Positions 1 to 8,387 of a stretch of 64,000 nt of DNA are shown piece after piece. Source of the stretch: a virus (Duplodnaviria; Caudoviricetes). Within the stretch, counting starts at the first letter, position 1. Every line of letters starts with the position of its first letter. The DNA lies in IMG/VR virus record IMGVR_UViG_3300001598_000043, positions 1 through 64,000 of that record, one strand, 5' to 3'. The position numbers were made by a program, and so were the translations under genes. Below the pieces are notes generated by a model, which ran no database searches, was not told the DNA's origin, and saw only the letters and a list, made by a program, of their open reading frames with translations.

Positions 1-971
1 GGTGTTAACTGTGAAAAACTCTCCTTTAAATCTGCGTTGCTAGGAATGTTTTCAGTAAATACAATATTACTTATATATTGCTTTGGATTTGAATCATCAG
101 CAGAAGTTTTAAAGATAATTCTTATGAATGATGTTCCACTTGGTGCGTCTACTGAATACCCACTATTCTGCCATCCACTATCGAGCAATTTTGTTCCACT
201 AGCATTGAAGAAGTTTAATGCACACTTGATTGTCTTGCCACCAAGAGCATCAAATTTGATGATGTAATTTGTTCCACCAACAACTGTAGTCTTTCCAATA
301 TTTCTTGCTCTGTCAGCCATTTCAACATCTTCTCCATTTATGTTGAATGAACCACTTTCAATTCCACTAAAGATGTTTTCTGCTATGTATTTGTTATCAA
401 TAGCAAAATTCAGTTCCTTTGTTAAATCTTCAATTAAGTCAGATGTCTTTTGATTTAATACCTTACCTTGTCGAGCAGATAGAGCATCTACACCAGAATC
501 ACTATCAAGATTATCAATTATATTGAATCCATCATCAACATCATCGGTTATTCTATATGTAGCACCAATTGGTATATCGTCTCTCTGTTTAAACTCTTCA
601 AATTCATCCTTTGTACCGAAATTGGCTTTGTAGTTAATTTTGTTATCTTCAACATTTAACTCATTGCCAACATTAGGCATTACTGAACCTGCAATGTCCT
701 TGACTTTCTGAATACCTGCTTCATCTATGTTTTCCATATCTGTAGCCATTCTTGTAGTATATAGTACTTTACCTTGATGGGCTGATAAGGCATCTACTAC
801 TGATTCAGATTCTAAATTATCAATAACATTATGAGTAATTACAGAGCCTGTAATTTTTCTACCACTTGCATCGTGAGCCGTAACGCCTGATAACATATCG
901 TCTGATGTGACTGTATCCTCTGTTAAATCTATGAGAACATCATCACCATATTCGACTTTATTAATTGCCAT
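1..971 (-). CDS. Fibre/whisker-like structural protein, 3' end runs off the window
   Basis: Translated by hand: AGGAGG RBS, ATG at 971, MAINKVEYGDDVLIDLTEDTV..., no stop before base 1. Two copies of the fibre-type repeat (V/I)IDNLxSxSxVDALSAxQGKVL. N-terminus paralogous to 982..1572. Confidence 0.7.
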   Translation of the reverse strand, partial: MAINKVEYGDDVLIDLTEDTVTSDDMLSGVTAHDASGRKITGSVITHNVIDNLESESVVDALSAHQGKVLYTTRMATDMENIDEAGIQKVKDIAGSVMPNVGNELNVEDNKINYKANFGTKDEFEEFKQRDDIPIGATYRITDDVDDGFNIIDNLDSDSGVDALSARQGKVLNQKTSDLIEDLTKELNFAIDNKYIAENIFSGIESGSFNINGEDVEMADRARNIGKTTVVGGTNYIIKFDALGGKTIKCALNFFNASGTKLLDSGWQNSGYSVDAPSGTSFIRIIFKTSADDSNPKQYISNIVFTENIPSNADLKESFSQLT

Positions 972-981
972 AATCTACCTC

Positions 982-1572
982 CTATGATGGTGATTTAGTA
1001 CCTATAGTAACTGTTACGCCACCCTGTGCATTTGGTGTCTCTACGTATGCAATCTTACTGATTTTAACTTGTGATAAATAATCATATCCAGCATCTGGCA
1101 AGATTGTCTGTTCTTTGTCTGTGTATGGTGTTGCAGTCTTAGCTTGTGCAGTTACACCCTCACCTGTATATGTACCAGTTACACCTAAAATCTCTACACC
1201 ATCTTTGATGTTAGTAGCAATGATTTTAGCCTGTTCTACACTATCAATCTTTACTTTACCACTTCCATCGTGATAACCACTCTGAATTACATATTCTTGT
1301 GACTTTGTTGAAATTGTACCATCTACACCACCACGGTTTGTCATGGTACCTTCAACCTTATTTCCTGTTACATAAGCAGTTTTACCACTTAAAATCTCAC
1401 TTGCAGTAGCCGTTGCATCACTTGTATCAGCATCTTTTGTAGATGTACCTGTAATTATATTACCTGATTTATCGTGTGCTGTCTTACCTCTTTCAAGATA
1501 TTGTACTTCTACGGTATCTGCCGTTAAGTCAATGATAACTTCATTTCCAAATACTACTTTATTAGCAGCCAT
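982..1572 (-). CDS. Structural (fibre/whisker-associated) protein
   Basis: MAANKVVFGNEVIIDLTADTV..., internal AxxILxGKTAYVxGxKxxGTM repeat typical of phage fibre proteins; RBS AAGGAG. Confidence 0.6.
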   Translation of the reverse strand: MAANKVVFGNEVIIDLTADTVEVQYLERGKTAHDKSGNIITGTSTKDADTSDATATASEILSGKTAYVTGNKVEGTMTNRGGVDGTISTKSQEYVIQSGYHDGSGKVKIDSVEQAKIIATNIKDGVEILGVTGTYTGEGVTAQAKTATPYTDKEQTILPDAGYDYLSQVKISKIAYVETPNAQGGVTVTIGTKSPS

Positions 1573-1584
1573 TGTTATTCTCCT

Positions 1585-1848
1585 TTACTCAATTCCTATT
1601 GTTACAGTGTCTCCACCAGATTCATTACGCACTGTCGAATATGGTATCTGAAATATTGTGACATCATTTGCCATACTCTTGTTCTTAGTAGGTAATGTAA
1701 TCTCTGCTTTTCTTGGTGTTATCTTATATGAGCCTGTGTAATATGGTAGACGTTCTCCTCCACCACCTCCACCTGTCTCACTCAACTTGATTTTTATGGT
1801 AGGCTCTGTCTCTATTAACTTTATTGGTATTACAATTTCATTAATCAT
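1585..1848 (-). CDS. Small structural hypothetical protein
   Basis: Gly linker, then YTGSYKITP...GGDTVTIG, a C-terminus resembling that of 982..1572. Confidence 0.55.
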   Translation of the reverse strand: MINEIVIPIKLIETEPTIKIKLSETGGGGGGERLPYYTGSYKITPRKAEITLPTKNKSMANDVTIFQIPYSTVRNESGGDTVTIGIE

Positions 1849-2161
1849 TTGACATTATATCCTCATTAAGAATTGCGTTGATATTTACTTTAACTATAGG
1901 ACTGGCATATACCTTGTCTGAGTCTGTCAAGAATTTTAACTGACATTCACCCTCTGCACCTATAAACTTTAGTGTCTCCTCTTGAGTTAACTCAATTTGA
2001 GCATAAGATTCTTCAGCATTTAACAAAACATTGCCATCTGATATCTTATAAGTACTCTTTTGACCTCTTACTTTTAAAGTTACCCATAAATCAGTAACAA
2101 AATTTAAATCTAAATCTGTCTCTATTTCAAATTTTAGTGTTGGTGTCGTTCCTCTGTACAT
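1841..2161 (-). CDS. BppU-N-like (baseplate upper protein N-terminal type) beta-domain protein
   Basis: MYRGTTPTLKF start, ELTQEETLKF and QLKF motifs recalled from this family; first gene after a promoter. Confidence 0.45.
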   Translation of the reverse strand: MYRGTTPTLKFEIETDLDLNFVTDLWVTLKVRGQKSTYKISDGNVLLNAEESYAQIELTQEETLKFIGAEGECQLKFLTDSDKVYASPIVKVNINAILNEDIMSND

Positions 2162-2184
2162 TTCAATACCTCATTTCAATAAAA

Positions 2185-2213
2185 ATTATATCACGATTTA
2201 ATTACCAATACAA
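2185..2213 (-). promoter_or_regulatory. SigmaA-type promoter for the fibre-gene operon
   Basis: TTGTAT-17-TATAAT with extended -10 TG, directly after a terminator. Confidence 0.6.
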
Positions 2214-2214
2214 T

Positions 2215-2244
2215 AAAAAACACGCCATTAATCTGACGTGTTTT
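2215..2244 (-). terminator. Rho-independent terminator closing the left MG(A/S)xG cluster
   Basis: AAAACACGTCA-gattaa-TGGCGTGTTTT stem followed by T-run. Confidence 0.7.
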
Positions 2245-2251
2245 AAGTGTT

Positions 2252-2926
2252 TTACTTTTCTTTTATGAATTGAAATCCATAATCCTTTGCATTCTTATCA
2301 AGCCATTTTATCATATTACTGTTTAAAGTCTTTAATAGTGGTTGTATCTCTTTCTGATATGTGGCCTTATCAATCTTGCCATACTTATAATCTTTGTCCA
2401 ACTTATTCCACTGTGATTCTATAGGGGTATATACTTTGTCATATGCCTTGCTATATGCATTTGTGAACTCTGTTGGCTCATATTTACTTGTCCAATATTG
2501 CTCTTTTTCAAGTTCACCAGTTAGACTGTTCATTATGTATGTATTACTACTAATAGGTTGTTGTCTTACAAGTCTAAATGCACTGAATTCTGACCCTTTT
2601 GGTAATACTGCTGCCTCAGACTTATTTTCCAATGATACCATAGCATCAATATCCTCTGGACTAAATATAGTGGCCTCTGGATGGTTGTGTGTTACGTGAA
2701 CTGTACCACCATTCCATATTAACTGTTCTACCTTGTGATTGAATTCTGCATCATCGTCAATGTAATCAACGTGGTCTTTGTCTCCTGTGGCCTTTACAAG
2801 TGTATTACCATTCTCGTCCATCCAATATATTGTCTCTTTGTCATCATCACGTATAGAATTCTCTATACGTTTTTGATTATCTGGTATTTTAAACTTACTG
2901 ACCGTTGTTGTGCCTGTTGCTCCCAT
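2252..2926 (-). CDS. MGATG-leader protein with JAB/MPN-like domain
   Basis: Upstream Glu (KET), HNHP and FSPED match the JAB E...HxH...SxxD metal motif. Confidence 0.6.
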   Translation of the reverse strand: MGATGTTTVSKFKIPDNQKRIENSIRDDDKETIYWMDENGNTLVKATGDKDHVDYIDDDAEFNHKVEQLIWNGGTVHVTHNHPEATIFSPEDIDAMVSLENKSEAAVLPKGSEFSAFRLVRQQPISSNTYIMNSLTGELEKEQYWTSKYEPTEFTNAYSKAYDKVYTPIESQWNKLDKDYKYGKIDKATYQKEIQPLLKTLNSNMIKWLDKNAKDYGFQFIKEK

Positions 2927-2927
2927 A

Positions 2928-3668
2928 TTACTTCAATCTCTCCTTTAACACTTTTACAATCTCTTGCGAATATTTGTTTGACTTCTTACCGTTTGCAATA
3001 TAGTCTGCAACTGCTTCTGCCATAGTCTCTGAATAGTTAGGATTATCGTTCTTATTGTGTATAGCCGCATAATGTGATATATGTCCTGCCATATTCTCCC
3101 ACTTATCCCCTAAATTACTTGCGGCTTGTTTAACTATATCTTCTGGTATCTTACCCATTAATGCATCTATCTGTTTTTGGTATGATACAATACTTCCATC
3201 ATGTTTTATTTGACTCTGCATTAAATGACGTTCTAGTGCATGTGTCAATTCGTGAGATATTACTGATGTGTAATCTGTTCCTTGTGGGTGTAGTGATGTT
3301 AATACACCTGCGTACCATTCTTTATGCAATGTTTTATCATATATGCTCTTATCCAATGCTTTTGGCCCAATTAGTATATTATTCACATCATAATCATATT
3401 TTGCCGCAAATCCAGCATCATCTAACTTCTTTGTCATAACATCATCGGCTATGTCTAATGATACGTGTAAATCTTTCAATATTGGAAATTCTTGTGACAT
3501 CTTCTCAAGTGTGTTTGTAAGTTCTTTTATCTGTTTTGATGATAAATCTTCCATCCCACTGTGATATGTTCCATCATCCTGTTCATCCATTGATATATTA
3601 ACACCTAAATTATGCCAGTGTTGTCGTAATTCTTTAAATGACATTGTTTTTGTGCCAACTGCTCCCAT
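2928..3668 (-). CDS. MGAVG-leader zincin metallopeptidase-like protein
   Basis: HELTH (HExxH) plus downstream ETMAEAV third-ligand motif. Confidence 0.7.
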   Translation of the reverse strand: MGAVGTKTMSFKELRQHWHNLGVNISMDEQDDGTYHSGMEDLSSKQIKELTNTLEKMSQEFPILKDLHVSLDIADDVMTKKLDDAGFAAKYDYDVNNILIGPKALDKSIYDKTLHKEWYAGVLTSLHPQGTDYTSVISHELTHALERHLMQSQIKHDGSIVSYQKQIDALMGKIPEDIVKQAASNLGDKWENMAGHISHYAAIHNKNDNPNYSETMAEAVADYIANGKKSNKYSQEIVKVLKERLK

Positions 3669-3678
3669 TCAATACTCC

Positions 3679-4182
3679 TTATTTTTTAGGGAAATATCCC
3701 CACTCTTGAAAACTATCTCCTGCCCATACTACTGTATCTGCTGGCACTGTTGCTTTTACTATGATATAGTTACCATTTAATGCATTCATGCCGTGTTTAT
3801 CTGCGTATGCTTTGCTTAATGTTACCCATGCACCATTTGGAATTGATGGTGTATAGTCTTTAGATACTGCTCTATAGATAGTAACCATCTTTTTGCCAAT
3901 TTGGCTTGCACTTGCACTGTCTCCATCATTACCATATGCGTCCTTGTATTCAGGAAATGACTTAAAATTGGCTGCCGTTGGTACTTCATCGTATCCCATA
4001 TCGTCAATCCAATCACTTGGTGACATAGGATTGTGACCTTCTGACATCTCTGCTACATCTGACACATTTATGCCTTTGGTCACATCTCCTGTAACTTCTA
4101 CAACTTCACCATTTTTATACTCTATCTCTCCACTTGTAGATATCACTCGTCTTCGTGTACTACTCTTGCCAACACTTCCCAT
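3679..4182 (-). CDS. MGSVG-leader protein with ADP-ribosyltransferase-like fold
   Basis: VTIYRAV (R), WVTLSKAYA (T/S) and QEWGY (E) in R-S-E ART spacing. Confidence 0.5.
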   Translation of the reverse strand: MGSVGKSSTRRRVISTSGEIEYKNGEVVEVTGDVTKGINVSDVAEMSEGHNPMSPSDWIDDMGYDEVPTAANFKSFPEYKDAYGNDGDSASASQIGKKMVTIYRAVSKDYTPSIPNGAWVTLSKAYADKHGMNALNGNYIIVKATVPADTVVWAGDSFQEWGYFPKK

Positions 4183-4184
4183 TA

Positions 4185-4313
4185 TTATTTGCCTTTCTTA
4201 CTTACGTGCATTGCTTGGCACTGTTTTGTGGCCTTTTTCTTGGCATCCTTGCTTGTATATTCCTTACCACTGCTGCCACATTTGTACCCTTTAGCTGTCT
4301 TCATAACTGGCAT
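4185..4313 (-). CDS. 42-aa basic protein, not in the ORF track
   Basis: MPVMKTAKGYKCGSSGKEYTSKDAKKKATKQCQAMHVSKKGK; AAGGAG RBS; stop 2 nt before the next start. Confidence 0.7.
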   Translation of the reverse strand: MPVMKTAKGYKCGSSGKEYTSKDAKKKATKQCQAMHVSKKGK

Positions 4314-4438
4314 TGTATATTACTCCTTTACACTCATATAATGTATATGTGACTCATTTAGACGCATATTCCCTTTACTTAATATTTTTATTATTTAATA
4401 CCCTTAAACCGTCTTATTTGACATTCTACGTAGTATTT

Positions 4439-4912
4439 TTAGTATAATGCATATTTTAAAATCTGCATCAATTCAGGTGTCTGATTAAACTGTACTTTGC
4501 CTACATACTTAACATTGATATATGCTTTTTCTGGATTCTTCGCATATGAGATTTTATCATCAAACATTGAATTGCTCATTTTAGTTCTCATATAGTATGA
4601 GCCATTTTTCTCATATACATTGTAAATTATCTGGTCGTCACCTACATTACGATACCATTTACCATCTATAACGCCACTTTTACGATTCTTAATTATAATG
4701 TCCTTAATTTGCTCCATAACTGGCATACTTATATCATCATAATTTACATCTATACTTGAACCTCCTAAAATGGCTTGAATTGTGGTCTTATCTGTACTCA
4801 TAACTTCATCATTATTCTTTACCCACTGTGCAATGTCCTTGGCTGTCAAATCACCTACAACATAGTCTCTTGGTCTTGTATTTTGATTACTACTCTTTCC
4901 TACTGCTCCCAT
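4439..4912 (-). CDS. MGAVG-leader protein, unknown domain
   Basis: 157 aa, GGAG RBS, shared leader MGAVGKSS. Confidence 0.7.
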   Translation of the reverse strand: MGAVGKSSNQNTRPRDYVVGDLTAKDIAQWVKNNDEVMSTDKTTIQAILGGSSIDVNYDDISMPVMEQIKDIIIKNRKSGVIDGKWYRNVGDDQIIYNVYEKNGSYYMRTKMSNSMFDDKISYAKNPEKAYINVKYVGKVQFNQTPELMQILKYALY

Positions 4913-4925
4913 TGTTTTATTCTCC

Positions 4926-5114
4926 TTAATAGTCTCTTAACATAAACATATTTTCTGGTGATATTATTTCACCATATTCATTCTCACCAAAAACAGGCTC
5001 AGTGCCCTTGTATGCACTTACATTATACCCGTTTTTTATCAACATGTCATCACTTTCTGTATTAACTACCGCCAAAACTTCATCACTGTATGCTTTCTTA
5101 AATACATATACCAT
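4926..5114 (-). CDS. Hypothetical protein
   Basis: 62 aa, GAGG RBS. Confidence 0.6.
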   Translation of the reverse strand: MVYVFKKAYSDEVLAVVNTESDDMLIKNGYNVSAYKGTEPVFGENEYGEIISPENMFMLRDY

Positions 5115-5260
5115 CTATATACGTCCTCTCGTTGTCCTGCTGCCTCATTTTCCCACGTGTACACGCATATGCACACATTTGTATGCCTACGCACGTGAAA
5201 ACGTCTAAAATGTCAAAATACACGGTCTTATGATGTCCCTGTATTTTGACATTCTGTTGA

Positions 5261-6568
5261 TTAGTTACCCTTTCGAGACCAGTACTTATTCAATGCGTAT
5301 CTCACTGCATCTATACTATGGTTATTTGCGTCTGGGTATGCACTTATAAAGTTACCGTCTCGGTCTTGTTCATACTCATAATTTACGAATTCCTTGTATG
5401 TGGCTGGGCATGTTCTCTTGTCTATATAGATATGGCTTAAACCTTGTAGCCACTTAATACCATATCGTACTGATTCTGGCCCTTTTTCTGCACCTCTTAT
5501 GAATGCTCCATAGGCCTTAAAGTCGGCTATAGATTTTTCTTCTGCACTATCGGCTATTACCTGTTCATCTCGACTTACTAACGCCAATTCATCATAGATG
5601 GTATGGAATACGTCCTCATTACGTGTACGTGTAGTACTGTATTCTCTAAAGATATATAAATCTAAATGCTTTGGGTCAAAATGCATTCTAACATATCTAA
5701 ATGGGTCTTTTGCAAAGCCCCAGTCAATTCCACTATATATGTGGTCAAATGTCTGCCACATTGGCACTTGTCTCTCTTCCCCATATGCATCTATGGTAAC
5801 TAACTGTTCCATGTCCAAATCTGTTGCATTTGGGAATACGTCTCCACCTGTACCGATTGCAATTCCTAAATACTCGTGTGTGTATGCACGTTCATTTATG
5901 GCTTTTAGGTCTTCTGCTTCTTCTATAAACTGTTTTCCTAGCCATTCCACTGGTACATCTAAATAGGTGTTACGCACTACCAATGTATTGGCTTTTCTCT
6001 CGGCCTGTTCTGCATACTCATTAGCCCAATTAAGTTTACTTATAGGGGGGTTGAATGTTCTAAAATCCCAGAATAACTCACCACCACGCATTGTAGACTG
6101 TAATACCTTACGTAGTTCTTGTTCTCCACTGAATTGGTCTAACTCTTCCCACCACGTAATACCTATATATCCAAATGGCAACTTAACTGATTTTACTTTG
6201 TTTGGGTCATCCATACCCATAAATAAAATACGTTGTCCTGTCGGTATATAGACTATAGGTGTGCTATATGTCTTTGGTATGTGAAATAACGATTCTAACC
6301 CTAACTGGTAGATTCCCCACACTACCTGTGAATAAATACTATTTTGAATAGTATTACCTACTTTTCTAAAACATAAAGCGTGAATGCCAGGATGGCTCAT
6401 TATTAATAATGGTATACAGATTCCGCCAAAAAATGATGACTTTGTACTACCTCGACCTCCTGCCCCTACATAATGCGTGTGTCTATGTTCTAATACATCT
6501 TGCAACACATCATCATACATAGGAATAATACTATCTCTAATTGGTATGTTAACAACTTCTGTGCTCAT
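5261..6568 (-). CDS. terL: Terminase large subunit (PBSX-like family)
   Basis: Walker A GGRGSTKS, Walker B WWEE, TFNP motif, nuclease GIDWGF...ADSAE...NHSIDAVRYAL. Confidence 0.95.
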   Translation of the reverse strand: MSTEVVNIPIRDSIIPMYDDVLQDVLEHRHTHYVGAGGRGSTKSSFFGGICIPLLIMSHPGIHALCFRKVGNTIQNSIYSQVVWGIYQLGLESLFHIPKTYSTPIVYIPTGQRILFMGMDDPNKVKSVKLPFGYIGITWWEELDQFSGEQELRKVLQSTMRGGELFWDFRTFNPPISKLNWANEYAEQAERKANTLVVRNTYLDVPVEWLGKQFIEEAEDLKAINERAYTHEYLGIAIGTGGDVFPNATDLDMEQLVTIDAYGEERQVPMWQTFDHIYSGIDWGFAKDPFRYVRMHFDPKHLDLYIFREYSTTRTRNEDVFHTIYDELALVSRDEQVIADSAEEKSIADFKAYGAFIRGAEKGPESVRYGIKWLQGLSHIYIDKRTCPATYKEFVNYEYEQDRDGNFISAYPDANNHSIDAVRYALNKYWSRKGN

Positions 6569-6578
6569 TACTCACCTC

Positions 6579-6788
6579 TTACTTACTCTTACTATATTTA
6601 TTCTTACTAAAGTTTGTTCTATGTGACCAAACGACTGCTTCACGTGAAACTTTAATAAAGTTTTCTGCACGACTTTTCTTAATTACTTCATTCTCTGCAT
6701 TTAGATTCTCTCTATACTGTTTATAATCCTCACAAGTCGAATGACATCCAATAGTTCTATTCTTACAATCTTTGCAATTGTTCTGCAT
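6579..6788 (-). CDS. Small Cys-rich hypothetical protein
   Basis: CxxC...GCHSTCxxY motif. Confidence 0.6.
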   Translation of the reverse strand: MQNNCKDCKNRTIGCHSTCEDYKQYRENLNAENEVIKKSRAENFIKVSREAVVWSHRTNFSKNKYSKSK

Positions 6789-6840
6789 CTGCCCATCTCT
6801 TTTCCGTTTGCACGTGACGTGAAACTTATTTTTATTTTTA

Positions 6841-6915
6841 CAGGGATAGTTGGATTTGAACCAACGAAAATACAGGAGTCAAAGTCCTGTGCCTTAACCA
6901 CTTGGCAATATCCCT
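6841..6915 (-). tRNA. trnQ: tRNA-Gln (UUG), CCA not encoded
   Basis: Acceptor AGGGATA/TATCCCT, D-arm GCC..GGC, anticodon stem CAGGA/TCCTG with CT-TTG-AC loop, T-arm GTTGG-TTCAAAT-CCAAC. Confidence 0.92.
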
Positions 6916-6920
6916 AAATA

Positions 6921-7077
6921 ATTCTCCCCCAGGTGACGTATCTAAGTATCGAAGAAAATACGCCACCCTTGAGGAGGATTCATTATATTAAAATTGGCTT
7001 GGCATGTTTGTGTACGATTGGTTTTTATCAAATAGTATAGGAGTTTATCTTTAATTCATGCCACGCCAAATTTTAAT
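6921..7077 (-). other. Two long hairpins between terS and the tRNA (structured RNA candidate)
   Basis: ATTAAAAT-TTGGC-GTGGCATG/CATGCCA-GCCAA-TTTTAAT stem and GGTGGCGTAT/ATACGTCACC plus TCCTCCTC/GGGGGAGA stem. Confidence 0.45.
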
Positions 7078-7096
7078 CTCATTTTCTTGACCGTTT

Positions 7097-7645
7097 CTAT
7101 TGTGGTCTTGCCCAATCTAAAGTAATCTTAACTTCTGGCTGTTCATTTCCTTGTAATCTCTGTGGGATGTCAATCTTTCTCTTGGCCAACTCTTGGGCTG
7201 CCTTTGTTCTCTCACTTAACGGTGCTTCTAACCCAAACTGGTCTGTAATCTCTCCACGCATTACACTACTGAAATATTCAAGGATTTCCTGTGCATCTGC
7301 AATCTTCTGACTCTTCAATGTCTCAAGTCTGTGATTGATTTCGCCAGTTATGTAAGCTTTATTGAGGAGAGCTTGTGCATACTGTCCTGGTGCTTTAGTC
7401 TTATATCCTGCATCCAGCACGGCTTTTCTACCATTTCCTTCTGCTATATAGATATCTATAAATTGAGCTTCTTGTGGTGTTAATGGATGTCCATCAAAGG
7501 TCTCAAATTGTTCTCTTCTTTTTCTTTTTCCTCTATTATTATTTGTTTTCTTTTTTGGCTGTTTCTTTTCTTCTTTCTCTATTGTTTGTTCTTGTATATC
7601 TTTATTATCTAATAATTGTTGTATTGATGTATTTATATCTTTCAT
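7097..7645 (-). CDS. terS: Terminase small subunit
   Basis: LTPQEAQFIDIY...AVLDAGYK...A..LL HTH, IADAQEILEYFSSVMRGE, ERTKAAQELAKR. Start moved to MKDINT (AAAGGA RBS). Confidence 0.88.
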   Translation of the reverse strand: MKDINTSIQQLLDNKDIQEQTIEKEEKKQPKKKTNNNRGKRKRREQFETFDGHPLTPQEAQFIDIYIAEGNGRKAVLDAGYKTKAPGQYAQALLNKAYITGEINHRLETLKSQKIADAQEILEYFSSVMRGEITDQFGLEAPLSERTKAAQELAKRKIDIPQRLQGNEQPEVKITLDWARPQ

Positions 7646-7778
7646 ATAAATCCTTTCTTTTTCTTTATTTCCCGCCACGCCAAAAATTTCTTTTCTTTTC
7701 TGTTTTTCCGCTTGAGGATACTACTTATTGTGTCTCTCACGTATTTATTATACTATTTATTGTGTTTATTTGTAAACT

Positions 7779-7814
7779 AAAAGAAGACACTAATTATTTA
7801 TTAATGTCTTCTTC
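7779..7814 (-). terminator. Terminator between the right MGAxG cluster and terS
   Basis: GAAGAAGACATTAA.../...TTAGTGTCTTCTTTT hairpin with T-tail; TTTACA-18-TATAAT follows. Confidence 0.55.
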
Positions 7815-7856
7815 CTCGGGGTAAAATTATGAATAAAAACTTGTAAGTTTCTATCT

Positions 7857-8369
7857 CTACTTTAACTTATTCTGAATCCACTTAAGGATGTTCTTGTTCA
7901 TATTCATATTTGCGTATGATGTCTTAATAGCACTTTCTGCTGTTGAATAGTTATATGCAGACGCATTATATATTATAGCGGCCTGTGCTTTTTCCATTCT
8001 CTCTAAAGTAGGTTTTGACCACTTTCCTTTTAATTCATCACCTTTCTGCTCCATCTGTCGTAACTTCTGTAGTGCTGAATAAACATTTGAGCCAAAATCT
8101 GTTGAATGCCAAGCTTTTAATCCATTTTCACTGTACTGAGATGTAATTTCATCCTTAATTAAATTCTTAAATTTATTGAATGTTTCTTCATCTGCTCCCT
8201 GTGACATTGCATCAAAGTTATATGGATACTTAAAGTCTTTACTTACAATATTTGTATAATTAAATAATGCTTTTGACATTGTATCTGATGACTGTTGATT
8301 TTCTTGTTTATTTTCAATATCTCTTAATCTTACATTTCCGCCATTTTTTGACGCACCTACTGCTCCCAT
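7857..8369 (-). CDS. MGAVG-leader protein, unknown domain
   Basis: 170 aa, leader MGAVGASK, AAAGGA RBS. Confidence 0.7.
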   Translation of the reverse strand: MGAVGASKNGGNVRLRDIENKQENQQSSDTMSKALFNYTNIVSKDFKYPYNFDAMSQGADEETFNKFKNLIKDEITSQYSENGLKAWHSTDFGSNVYSALQKLRQMEQKGDELKGKWSKPTLERMEKAQAAIIYNASAYNYSTAESAIKTSYANMNMNKNILKWIQNKLK

Positions 8370-8387
8370 CTAATTACATCCTTTCTA

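Noticed and set aside
4418-4448. Plus-strand TTGACA...TATAAT antisense promoter into the 4439 ORF
   Set aside because: The spacer is 19 nt and the sequence is very AT-rich, so a chance match is likely.
6701-6901. 66-aa minus-strand ORF MVKAQDFDS...
   Set aside because: It is a translation of the tRNA-Gln gene.
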